This document shows positions 1-11,054 of a stretch of DNA of 38,015 nt, piece after piece. Both the position numbers and the translations under genes were made by a program. The notes under the pieces are model-generated. The model was given only the letters and a program-made list of their open reading frames with translations, was not told where the DNA came from and searched no databases. Every line of letters begins with the position of its first letter. Positions within the stretch are counted from its first letter, which is position 1. Location: NCBI GenBank assembly GCA_023231475.1, contig JALJEE010002657.1, forward strand, positions 1 through 38,015, written 5' to 3'. This DNA comes from Seison nebaliae. Its lineage: Eukaryota.

Positions 1-146
1 ACCGGCGCAATTGTCTGCTGAGATGCGGATGGATCGAGCATGATAATTTCAGGAACTTTGCCGGGACTCTGTTCTCGTCGGCCATTAATCACTTGTTCGA
101 GCTGCTCAATTTGTACCAACAACTGTTTCGTCATCTGAACGAATTA

Positions 147-404
147 GAGTGAAATCCTCTCCGAAAAACTAAAAATAGAGTGAATTCCTCTCCGAAATCC
201 TCAAATTTGAGTGAATTCCTCTCCGAAAAACTACTTTTGGGTGAATTCCTCTCCGAAAGCATCTTTTTGGGTGAATTCCGCTCCGAAAAATATTTTACAA
301 GGGGAACAGTCGAGTGAATTCCGCTCCGATATTTGAGTGAATTCCTCTCCGAAAATGAGAAACAGGGTGAATTTCCCCATAAGGTGAATACCGCTCCGGG
401 ATTC
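147..404. repeat. Array of 9 copies of a ~16-bp core GTGAATTCC(T/G)CTCCGA with short variable linkers; probable complex terminal inverted repeat of a DNA transposon (Mutator/Foldback-like)
   Basis: Cores start at 149, 180, 211, 241, 271, 314, 337, 367 and 384 (spacings 31,31,30,30,43,23,30,17). The array ends sharply at ...CCGGGATTC (404) before AT-rich DNA. The repeat is seen directly; the transposon interpretation is inference. Confidence 0.7.
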
Positions 405-449
405 AATTATTAACCAGAGTTTTCATAAACTACCAATAATTGAGTTATG

Positions 450-1080
450 TTATTTTTTGTGAATTTTTAATAATTTACAATGAATACAATACAATTAAAT
501 AATAATTGTCCAGTTCTTTAAATTGTAATTGTTTGATAATTTCTCTCAATGTTGTCTCTCAAGCTAAATCAAGAACAATTAAAAGATGGAATTTTTAGAT
601 TAAGAGCAATATTCTTCGCCCGCGCTTGCCTCTTTTTTTATTTAAATCATATTAACTATATGATAAAATGCAGATTTGCTTTTTAATTTCGTAAATTTTC
701 TAATTCCACGTTTTCTTATCATTATTAAAATACCACTCCTGAATTTCTCTTATTTTATCGAGGTCATATGGAAGGTTTTTAGGCAAATTAAGAATTGATT
801 TTTCAGGCGTATTATTCTCAGGAAAAAATTCTTCATCGTCGTCTAACTCATGTTTCATCTGAACCAATTTTGAGGAACATGTAGTTTCAGAATCTGGTTC
901 TTCAAATATATATCAAATATCTAAAATTCTCATCATTATATAATTCGGAATTGGGTTATCTTTCTCAACTACAATTTGAATATATACGGAATCGCCCAAG
1001 ATATTCAATATTTAATAAAACTTATCTTTCTGCACTGTGTTATCGAACAATGGATTTTCATTAAATTGTGGGTAATCAAT
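450..1080 (-). pseudogene. Decayed coding-like sequence, product unknown
   Basis: One minus-strand frame reads protein-like for ~200 codons (IDYPQFNENPLFD...HELDDDEEFFPENNTPEKSILNLPKNLPYDLDKIREIQEWYF...) with about 7 scattered stops, fewer than expected for DNA this AT-rich. Confidence 0.3.
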
Positions 1081-1486
1081 AACTTTGTTGCATATAGTAA
1101 TTGCTTCAACATTCAAGATATATTATGAAAGAGAATCTGACTATTTTCCATAGCATGATATTAATTAAAGTTTTTACAAAACCTAAATAGTACAAAGTTT
1201 TAAAATAAAAGGGTTCCTCTTTATGGGGCCGAGAACTCCTCTTTCCTTCTACTAATGACGTATTAGCCATTAATATAGAAGGTCGTTTCTTATAGGGGTT
1301 TTTGTGTGATTTGGTGATGTTCATGAAATATACTTTTCATTATCACTTGCTACACATCCCTCCTATTTCGAAAAAGCTCGTCTCGAGGTTACTTGATAGA
1401 TGATGCGGTGAGGGAGAAAATGTGGAAATATATTTGTAACTCGGTTTAAGAAATACAATGTGATTTTGTTTTAAGTTTCTTTTTCC

Positions 1487-1684
1487 TTATACTGCCGTAA
1501 CCGGGTTCTTTGACATTGCGTATTGCCGCGTTAGTCTTTCTATTGTCTTTTCGCCTCCTACCACTTGTTTGCATCCGAAGAATCTCAATACCAAGATGGC
1601 AATTATTGTGCAGGCTATGATGGAGGTTACTACCAATATTTCCCCTTTTTTCACGTGGTGTTCAATATCCGTCCATGATTTCAT
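1487..1684 (-). CDS. Possible small single-pass membrane protein or gene remnant (65 aa)
   Basis: ATG-initiated ORF with one hydrophobic stretch (ILVVTSIIACTIIAILVLRFF); no family recognised. Confidence 0.25.
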   Translation of the reverse strand: MKSWTDIEHHVKKGEILVVTSIIACTIIAILVLRFFGCKQVVGGEKTIERLTRQYAMSKNPVTAV

Positions 1685-2099
1685 TTCATTATAAGTTATA
1701 ATTTATAACTATTTTCATCTCATCATTTAACTTAAATTCCATATTACTGAATTCTCAGTGATGGACCAGTATATTTCATGTAAAATATATTTAAAAGGTT
1801 CAAACATGCCCATTAAAAAAATTAATAAAAGTAATGAAGTAAGGAATTTGGACGATCACAATTCTTCAACAAACGATCGTACGAAACTATTTAATATCTC
1901 AATTGAAAGATATTTAGAATGTAGATTATGATTTTATTATATTATTATTTAATTATTTTTAATACATAATATTATTAGCTAAATATTTGATGAGCAAAAA
2001 AACAAAGTAATTGTGGAAGATCAACGATAATTAGTTGGAAGTTACAAATTCAAAAGTTTGTGATCATTATATGAATGACATACGAACTTAAATTGTATA

Positions 2100-3161
2100 A
2101 TGAATTTGCACTTACTTCCATTGAGCCAATCGTCCATTAATTTGGGCTGGCACATTGAACGTTCAGTTGAAGGATATTACTTATACAATCGATTTACACA
2201 TAAGTCTCTTTGGTTGAAAGATAATAAAGATGTTCCCTTTTCCTTTATGCATTCAACAATAATTTCTTCTATTTCTCAAGGAAAAATATGAAAATTATAA
2301 AATAAAATTTTCCATTCCCGTCGTCCAGTTAGTGGAAGATTATCTCAAACGAGTAGTTAGTCATTTATATTAGTTAGTATAAAAACTTTTAATTTTCATT
2401 ATCAGCCGTGGTATTCATCTTATGTAAAACATCGAAATTATCGATTTCTGAGTATCGACACCAATTTCCTGATTTCGGAAATCGATAAACTTTTATTACT
2501 TTTCCAGGAATGGAAATTGAGTGCAGCAGAAATGAAATGTATCGAATATACTCATGTTAATCTGTCGTCGAAAATGGAACTAGACGATAATACAGAGAGT
2601 GAGAGTATACGTAAAATACATTCGATGCGACCTATTCCAATTATTCATGTGTCATGGATCGTCTTACAGGAATTGGATGGTTTGAAGTTACGGGATGAGA
2701 ATATCAGAATAAGAACGAATTACGTACTGAAGAAAATCAATGAAATTATTGTAGAGCAGAAGAAGATATTGAGGAATGCATTAATTATTACCGGTTTCAT
2801 CGAATTCCTATTACTTGAGACAAATCAAGAAAGTTTTAACGCGTCACTATATCGAGAAGTTTGTGGAAATGATGATAAGATTATGAATTCAATCATTCAA
2901 TTTAGAAACAAATACAGTTCCTTTAAATTTCTTTATCTTCATCACTTGAACTTATCTCGTCCATATACAGAGTCACCTTGCTTGTTTTTGACAAAAGACA
3001 ATGGACTGATAACAAAATGTCATTGCGAAAAGATTGAAGTCTCTCAATCATTTCCGGCGTTCTTCTTCGAGAACAAATATAACATTTATCCGGAAAAATT
3101 TCTCAAAAATCATCTCGAGATTATAGAGAAAGAATGTATTCCAATTGCACCTCTAAATTAA
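2100..3161 (+). CDS. SWT1: SWT1-like RNA endoribonuclease (WW-like domain plus PIN domain)
   Basis: Exons 2100-2231, 2281-2352 and 2406-3161 join in frame; small in-frame introns inside the last block are possible. WW-like GWHIERSVEGYYLYNRFTHKSLW; PIN motifs IDTNFLI, VLQELDGLK, NDDKI, LTKDNGL. The 5' start is uncertain. Confidence 0.75.
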
Positions 3162-3761
3162 AAACTGAAAACTCTAAAGAAATTTGTAAATAAATCTGTA
3201 AAGAATATTCGAATTATTTGACATTTGTTTCTTGATAACAATTTTCTTCAACTTTTACATGATAAAATAACAAGATTATTTGAAATAATGAACATTCTTC
3301 ACATCACTTCTCCGACTGTAAAATAAGAGAAAAAATATTTCGAGAGAAAAGCTTCGACTTACGATAAGAAAAGATTTTTTTTTGACGAATATATCGAGTT
3401 TGGAGGAAGGCAAATCGAAAGAAACAAATGAGAGAACATTATAGAAGACTATTAAGGAGAATAATAGAAGAAGAATAATCATAATGTTTCCTCGTCATTG
3501 AAAAATGTAAATTGATAAGAAAGAAAAAAATAAATTGAGATAAAAGAGAATTGTTTGGACGAATCAGAAGATTATCTCATTTTAATTTCTATTAATTTTT
3601 AATTTTTAATTTCATGTTTCTTTTCTTGAATTCGGACAATAATAATTGATTAAATATCTTTTAATGTAGAAAAATTGTATTGAAAAGAAAAGATTAATTG
3701 GAAATAAGAACATATTTCATTTTAATTATTATCTTTTACTATTATTTTAATAAGAACCACC

Positions 3762-5144
3762 ATGCCTGAGTATGCAGAGGACGAACATGTTTCCAGTAAA
3801 CGTCTCCAACAGACCCAAGCACAAGTGGATGAAGTTTAATCCAACTCTATCAAACACCTCATCATTAACTCTCATTCAAATTAGGTTATTGGTATTATGA
3901 GAAATAATGTCGAAAAAGTTTTGGAAAGAGATCAACAAATCTCTCAATTAGATAATCAAGCAGGTTCCCTATTTACTTCTCATTCATTTACTAAAATTAC
4001 GAATAACATATATTTTCGTGAAAATTTTATTTGATGGTTTGATGATTTGATGGAAAATAGATGAATTGCAAGCAGGCGCTTCGCAATTTGTTATGAGTAC
4101 AACAAAATTGAAAAAGAAGTTGTGGATGAAAAATCTAAGGGTAATAATTGAAATAAAAATCATCACCTCTGAATTGCATTTGCTTCCTTTTACTTTTTCC
4201 TATGAGATCATTCACATCTCATTCGATATATCCGATCACAAAAATGTTCACGGGATGAAAAAATATTTAATTCATTTCTTTTTAATGCTTCTTATAGTTG
4301 ATTTGGTAACAAATGCACATATTTTTGCTGTAACCGCTCAAGAGTTGAAAGTAGCGATGCGTGTGAAAAAATCACGAGTATATTATCTGATTATTATAAA
4401 TTAGCTGATTAATTTATTTTATGTTGAATTGAATATTATCAATAAGTTTATTAATAAGGAATGTTGATAATTTTCTTTTTAGTTGAACTAATTCCACATT
4501 TATTTTATAGCAAAATTGAATGATGATGCTAAGAAGTTCCAGCACATGGCTAAACAGATTAAGCGTAATTTCTGGTATGATAATATGAAGGTTCCATTCT
4601 TGAACTCCAATCCATTAACTTAACCGTTCTTAAAACTAACCACTCCAACTAATCAAATTACTTTAATTTCTCACATCAATCCCATATTAGAGTCGACTAA
4701 CTTTTATCTGCTATTTACCTCTCAATTATTGAGTGAAAAAATTGAAATATTCTTTATTTAATTTAGATGTGGCTACTATTAATAGTGACATTACTCTTCA
4801 TTATATTATCAGTCACCAGTTAGTTCATTCTTCATTCATTTCTTCTCAATTTCCTTTTTAAAGTTTATTTCGTTGTACATTCCCATTCGGTTCATAGCGA
4901 TGGAGGTGGAGGAGGAGGTGGCGGTACGAAAAATTTGCAAGGCGAAAACCAAAATGCTGTTCAACCACCTCCCCAACAACAAGTTTCAATTGAATCAAAT
5001 AATAATGAAAATGAAGATCAATTGCAGCAACAGGCATTACAACCACCACAAGCTCAGGCACAACAAGCACCACAACCCCAACAACAAATATTGGTCAGTA
5101 GAAGAAATAGAAAGAAACGATTGACACAGTTCAATTTTAATTGA
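3762..5144 (+). CDS. VAMP: Synaptobrevin/VAMP (R-SNARE) with three alternative third exons and a long luminal tail
   Basis: Exons 3762-3833 (ACCACCATG; ...KRLQQTQAQVDE), 3885-3963 (VIGIMRNNVEKVLERDQQISQLDNQA, zero-layer Arg), one of 4061-4140 / 4298-4377 / 4511-4590, 4767-4818 (TM MWLLLIVTLLFIILSVT) and 4864-5144 (IYFVV then Gly-run and Q/P-rich tail). All GT-AG and in frame. Confidence 0.95.
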
Positions 5145-5273
5145 TATTTATTTTCTGTTTTGACATTGGCATTCCAAATTATTTAACCGGAAGTAGAAAT
5201 CTGATAAATTATAAATGAAAAAATATTTATTATGGAATCAACTGAAAATTTTCGTTTCTTTTCAATCTGCCAC

Positions 5274-6014
5274 TCACTCAATTTCCGGAGCCACTGCTAT
5301 TTCCGAATCTTCCACAATCGTCTTGCGTTCTCGTAACTTATCCTCACAATTCCTCTCTTCTCCATCACCATTTTCATGGTTTTTGACGAGATGTCCAACA
5401 ATTCGATATTTCTCTATAAAAGTAATTTATTCATTTCGAATAAAAAGGAAATTGTGGAAAACCTTTAAATCGTTCTATCCAGTTCTCCAATGTTTCCATT
5501 TCATCTTTGTCGAAATCAGATTTACAATAATTTTTCTTGACATCTTCTGGATTGACTGACATCGTTGCCAACAAATAAGTACAATCATTTCCGGCGAAAA
5601 GTGAATATGGTCCATCTAAACATTAGGAAATGATTTTAAAGAAATGAATAAAATCATTTAACTAGGTCCATAATATGGTGATGCTGATGTCACATCATAT
5701 ATGATTCCATCAGCTGCTAGGAATATACGGGGATTATCAATACCATTAAAGATCTTCAATTCTTCCAATGTCAAATCAGCTGAAATTATTTCTAACTCCT
5801 CATCAATCTTTTCAACATTACCTATCGTTGCTCGATATCGATTAATGATCATTTTATATAAGAGATAAAGAATGATACATAGAAGAAATCCATTGAGTGG
5901 TGTCACTTCTTCAATTAAATCAGCCATCATTCGTTCCGAAAGAGAAAGTTTGATATTCTTTTCTAGAATGTCGTCACGGGAAGAGTATAGAGGTAAATCG
6001 TCTTTCATTTCCAT
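5274..6014 (-). CDS. PGRMC: Membrane-associated progesterone receptor (MAPR/PGRMC-like) cytochrome b5-like heme-binding protein
   Basis: Exons 6014-5663, 5615-5463, 5413-5274. N-terminal TM, then LTLEELKIFNG..RIFLAADGIIYDVT..YYGPNGPYSLFAGND..LENWIERFKEKYRIVGHL. Confidence 0.9.
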
Positions 6015-6351
6015 TGAGATTTTGAAGGAGAAAATTTTCCAAAACGAAATTCGAGCGTAAAAATTAAAATTAAAAAAAATCCAATTAATTTCTCTTGCAA
6101 ATTTTAATGCATTAATATGAGTGGACTTTTTTTTCACTTTTTATCAAAATCATTTCTTTAATTAAATTTTCAATTCGACTGATTAATTCAGTGACACAAC
6201 GAAATGATAATGGAAATTTTATTTATAAATAAATTGTCATTAGAATTTGTCATTTGTCTAATACGTAATGAAAGAGCGTAGACATAATAATAATAGAAGT
6301 AAATGAAAACTGTTTATCTTTTGAATATCATGATTGAAATGAAGATAAATA

Positions 6352-7416
6352 TTAAAATTTGTCTTGAGTATTAACACGATAATTGACTGCATCGTCAATG
6401 GTGGGGAATATGTGAGGAATGGGAGAGAACAATAATTTATCGTTGAATCCCATTTGTTCTAGTCGATAGAGCATTGATGATTGACAGGCTGCTAAAACTA
6501 ATTGAATTTTCGCTGTCTCCATTATTTCGATTAATGAAACGAGAACTTTTATTCCCGCACGATCGATATAACTGATAGCTGATGCATCTAAAATGACATA
6601 ATCAACAATCTTCGTTGGAAGGAGATTGTTAGATGAGGTACAACTAATCTTATTCTTTCCTTCTGGACAGATGTTGAATAATTTCAACAACGACCGTTTA
6701 AATACATGAACATTAGGGAAGTAAATATTATCTTCATAACGAATAATTCTTATTGATTGATCATTCGTTTTATCGACATTTTCATAAAAATCTTTATTGA
6801 CATACACTCCATCAATCTTTATCAGTTCGATAACGTTCTGTGTTTGTGTTCGAATTATCATAAGAAGGAAAGTAGCAAGCAGTCCAATAATGAGACCATA
6901 TGTTACATCGAGAATGGCTGTAGAGAGGAATGTGATCAACCAGATGGAGCCTTCGATTCCATTCGTCTTAAAGAATTCACCCACATCGATAATTTTCAAC
7001 ATCATTCCTTTCAACGCCACAATGACAATTGCTGAGAGAGTCGTCTTTGGTAACGGTTCGAATAACGGTCCCAAAAAAATAAGAACGAAAAACAAAATAA
7101 TTGATGAGAAAACATTGGTCAATAAAGTACGACAACCAGCATTCACTTGTACCAACGTCCTTGAAATAGAAGCACCCATTGGTATACAACTGAAGAAGGA
7201 ACCGAAACAATTGGCGAGACCAATAGCAATCAATTCCTGATTAGCACTTATTCGATAATTATATTTCTTTGCAAATAGATCTGCTAAAGAGTATGACATA
7301 GCATAACCGATAATGGCAATTGATATACTCGAACTAATGACATCATTAAAGACATTCCAATTCATTAAAGTAACTGATGGTAATCTGAAACAAAGAGAAA
7401 AATTAAAAACAAGAAC

Positions 7417-7458
<42 letters not shown>

Positions 7459-8556
7459 CGAACCCTTTTGGTACATACTCCAAAACTGAAACACCAAATT
7501 TATCAGAAATACCAGTCACATAACTGACAGTTGTCGATAGAATGACGACGATTAATTCGATTGGAATTGGCATAAACATTTTCTGTTTAAATGGTTTATT
7601 AATACTTTCTTTACAAATGATCATTGCTCCGATACAAACGATGGCCACCACAACCGTAATACAATTTGATCGATGAATATTGGAGAGAATTCCATAACTA
7701 TTCTATTAGAGAAGAGAATTAGATTAGAAATTTCAATGGAAATATATTAATTAACATGTATCAATTTAAATATTCCACTATGTTTCTTGATAGTGAGACC
7801 GAGTAGACCTGGCAACTGACTAACGAGAACATGTAAAGCACATCCACAAATGAAACCAGCCACCAACGGTTCTGATAAATAGATGCTGATAATACCTAAA
7901 TGTAAGACGCCGAGAATTAATTGAAATAATCCATTCAATAGAGTTATCAAAGTAGCTATGTTAATTCGAGTCAATTCGTTATCAACGAGATCATCTCTCG
8001 TATTAATTATTCTCGTTATACATCCACCAGTCATCAACGACGTTATAGCAAATGTGCCAGGAGAGACATGATTGGAGGTAGCAAATAAGACATAAATCAA
8101 TACGGGAAAAAATGACGAGTATAATCCATAAATTGGCGCTACTTCAGCTAACATAGCATATGCCATACCTTGCGGTATCTGCATTATGGCCACCGTCATC
8201 CCAGCTACTAAATCACCAACTATATCTTCTTTAAATTTATAGTTCGGTAACCATTTCGTCATAGGAAGATATTGATGTAGACGATTCAACCATGCTCGTC
8301 TAGTACATTTACACGATTTCTCACAATACTTTCTCACTATTCCACTCTTGTCCTTTTTTGCTCGTCCACGTTTCTTCAATCGCTCTTGACAATCTCTCTC
8401 ATCAACCCATTGCAAATGTATTTGATTCTTAACTTTCTCATATTTACTGTCAAATTCACATTGGGTCATGTAATTCTTATTTATTCCATTTATCTCCGAT
8501 TCATTCACCACTTCTTCTAACGTCTTCTTCTCAACCAACAATTTCTCATTCTCCAT
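6352..8556 (-). CDS. SLC26A: SLC26 (prestin/pendrin-like) anion exchanger with C-terminal STAS domain
   Basis: Exons 8556-7756, 7702-7464, 7384-6352. Motifs GDLVAGMTVAIMQIPQGMAYAMLA, YGLYSSFFP, NQELIAIG, SISRT, and STAS VILDASAISYIDRAG...FPTIDDAV. Confidence 0.95.
7417..7458. repeat. (AAT)14 microsatellite in SLC26 intron 2
   Basis: Perfect 42-nt AAT run inside intron 7385-7463. Confidence 0.95.
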
Positions 8557-9856
8557 TGTCTTTATTACAATTAAGAATGATTCGAATTCCCCTACTCCTC
8601 CTCACAACTGTGCTATTCCGTCTATTAGCATGATAACTCAATTCTAACTCTTTTTTTTTTTAATTTCCATTCAATTCTTAATAGATATTTTACTAAAAGT
8701 TTTCTGTTAATTTATTGGCCTATTTTTATAATAATTTAAAATTTTTTTATTTACACAATTAGAATCTTATCTACTTTGTCATTTTTATAGTACGTTCCTT
8801 GAATTAATGATTTGTGTTCTTAAAAATTATAAAACAAACCAAATAAACGAATAACAATATAAAAAAGAATATATATAATTAATAAATTCCTTAAATATTT
8901 TGAAATGAAGCTTAAATTTCAAATTTAAATTTTATAAATTGCTCCAAAGAAAGGCTAGTTTAAAGTGGGACCTTATAATTCATAAAATTCGTCCATGAAT
9001 AGAATTAACGTATGACAATCACATGTTATGACCTGAATGTTTCAACTACCATTCTTGTAATAACTATTTTATAAATTTACTCATTCCAGTTAAGAAAAGT
9101 TTTTATATCTTGGTTCTCATGTATCTTAATTACGATGATTGGAGTTTTAAAAAATGAACAAGATTAAGTTGGATGATTAAAGGTTTGTGTTTGCTTGTTT
9201 CTTCATTTGCATTATGTTGAATGATGAATGAATTCTAAATGCCTTAGGACCCCTTGTCATAATTCTTTTCATGACATTAACCTACAATTTACTGATAAAT
9301 ATTTTTACATATTTCTGTTTATGAATAATAGTGATCGAACAATTAATTTTAATTTAATTTTTGTTTGTAGATATTCGGGAGAATAACGCATAGAGACGCA
9401 TGTTAGAATTGCTAAATTTCGGTTAGTTATTTACTCGTAATCTTTTTATTCTATATGTAACTGATGATAAAAGATAATTCGCCAAAATTTTTTCTTTTGA
9501 ATTTTCGATAATGATAATAAAATATCTCTTAGCTGTCTGATTGGTACTGTAAGTGAATAAGTAATACATAGTTATTCTCAATGCTAATACTTTTTTCTTT
9601 TTAATAGAGAAACCAATGGAATCGACCAACCGACTAAGGGAAAATATGGATGAGAAAGCGAACGATGGAATTGGATCACATTGATTTTAAATGAAACTAA
9701 ATTATTTTGATTTAATAAAATAAATTTTCGCTCCCTATTAACCGTGTTCTTAAGAGAGAAAGAGTGATATGAATTTTAATTAAATACTGACATTTTTTGC
9801 GTTATTTTGAAGAAGTCATTTAAATATTTTACTTTTAACGAGAACCTCTTTTGATT

Positions 9857-10792
9857 ATGGAGAAACGATATTTGTTCCTTTTAATTAATTTTTGCATTTC
9901 AATTCAGTTTTGCTGTTCGTTATTCACAATCTTCCATCTTTCTGGTAGGAAAATAACGATTCCGTATGGATTGCACTCAGTGGTTAGGAAGTATTTCACC
10001 AAGAAAGCAGAACACTGGTTTTATACTGAATGTTTCTGTCGACACGTTTGTAACTGTGAAGATTTAGCAATGTCGAAACATATTTGTATTCGACGAAAAC
10101 CGTATACTGAAATCTTTACGCGACATCAATGGAAGTATTATCCGTATGAGGAAAGACCACATACGACGTATCGATCTCGAGAGATGATACTTAATATGAT
10201 TTACAATCAATATATTTGTTTCTTAATGAAGAAATTGAAATATGGTTATATCGAGTTGAAAGGTCATCATCATCTGGACATAACGAGTGGTAATGTTTAT
10301 GATATTACTGCTCCGACAAAACTATTGGAATGTGGTGTGTTGAAGTTGAATTATATATTAAGACAGAGTTCATCTGATTGTGCGATTGATAGAGCAGGTA
10401 CCAAAGCACTCAGATGGCGAATGACTCATATGAGAACTTTTTCATTATGTAACAGATTTGATGAAATTAATTCTTTGGAAATCACAAAACATATTCATCA
10501 TTTATGTCCAAAAATTGGTCATCTCAGACCAGATAGATCAATCACATCTAATCACGTATTGAAACGACGTGATAGAAATTTCATAAGTAATTATCTATTC
10601 AATTTGTATAATATTCCGATAGGAAGATGGAAACGAGGAATAAGTAGGAAACGAATGAGTATTCCATTTTTACCATATTTGGCTGAATCGAAATGTTGGG
10701 AACTTGGACAGACGACAATTCAGGATGATAGAGAGGCGAGAGAGATAGTGAAAAGAAATTTAAGATTCTCTCCTATGATGAGATGTATATGA
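9857..10792 (+). CDS. Intronless orphan protein (~311 aa), probably secreted, Cys/Arg/His-rich
   Basis: Long stop-free ORF in AT-rich DNA with a signal-peptide-like N-terminus MEKRYLFLLINFCISIQFCCS; no recognised domain. Confidence 0.65.
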   Translation: MEKRYLFLLINFCISIQFCCSLFTIFHLSGRKITIPYGLHSVVRKYFTKKAEHWFYTECFCRHVCNCEDLAMSKHICIRRKPYTEIFTRHQWKYYPYEERPHTTYRSREMILNMIYNQYICFLMKKLKYGYIELKGHHHLDITSGNVYDITAPTKLLECGVLKLNYILRQSSSDCAIDRAGTKALRWRMTHMRTFSLCNRFDEINSLEITKHIHHLCPKIGHLRPDRSITSNHVLKRRDRNFISNYLFNLYNIPIGRWKRGISRKRMSIPFLPYLAESKCWELGQTTIQDDREAREIVKRNLRFSPMMRCI

Positions 10793-11054
10793 TTTAAAAT
10801 CATGTATATATATGATGTATGTATATGAGATGTATAAGAAGTTTTTAAAACGATTTTAATTATTTTGTTCCATTAATTTTTCACAAAATTCGAAATGAGT
10901 TAGATGATTTGTTCAAATGTCTATTACATGTTGAACTAGCAGGACTATATTGTATAATAGTGAAGAAAAAATAATTTTTTATCAACTTACTGAGCAATGT
11001 CTTAAAATTTTGACCAAATAGTTCATGCAATCTTTTGACTGTATCGTTCAATTT

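Noticed and set aside
147..404. CRISPR array
   Set aside because: Linkers are mostly ~14 nt and irregular, cores only ~16 bp, no cas genes, and the context is an intron-containing animal genome.
131..406. 91-aa ORF with repeated SERNS motif
   Set aside because: By-product of translating the DNA repeat array.
3745..3764. Spliced-leader trans-splice acceptors just before ATGs (also at ~26497)
   Set aside because: An AG near a start codon is common by chance in AT-rich DNA; cannot be judged without transcripts.
4066..4404. 112-aa ORF as a single exon
   Set aside because: It is exon A, a stop-free intron and exon B read through in frame; splice signals and the 80-nt symmetry explain it better.
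4691..4732. Possible extra VAMP exon (SRLTFICYLPLNY*)
   Set aside because: Has a preceding AG but no homology to the other exons and no TM-length segment; unsupported.
7403..7497. Poly-Ile and poly-Tyr tracts in SLC26 ORFs
   Set aside because: Translation of the intronic (AAT)14 microsatellite; removed by splicing 7464 to 7384.
10778..10840. Short ATGAGATGTATA duplication at the end of the orphan gene
   Set aside because: Low-complexity slippage; no further structure.
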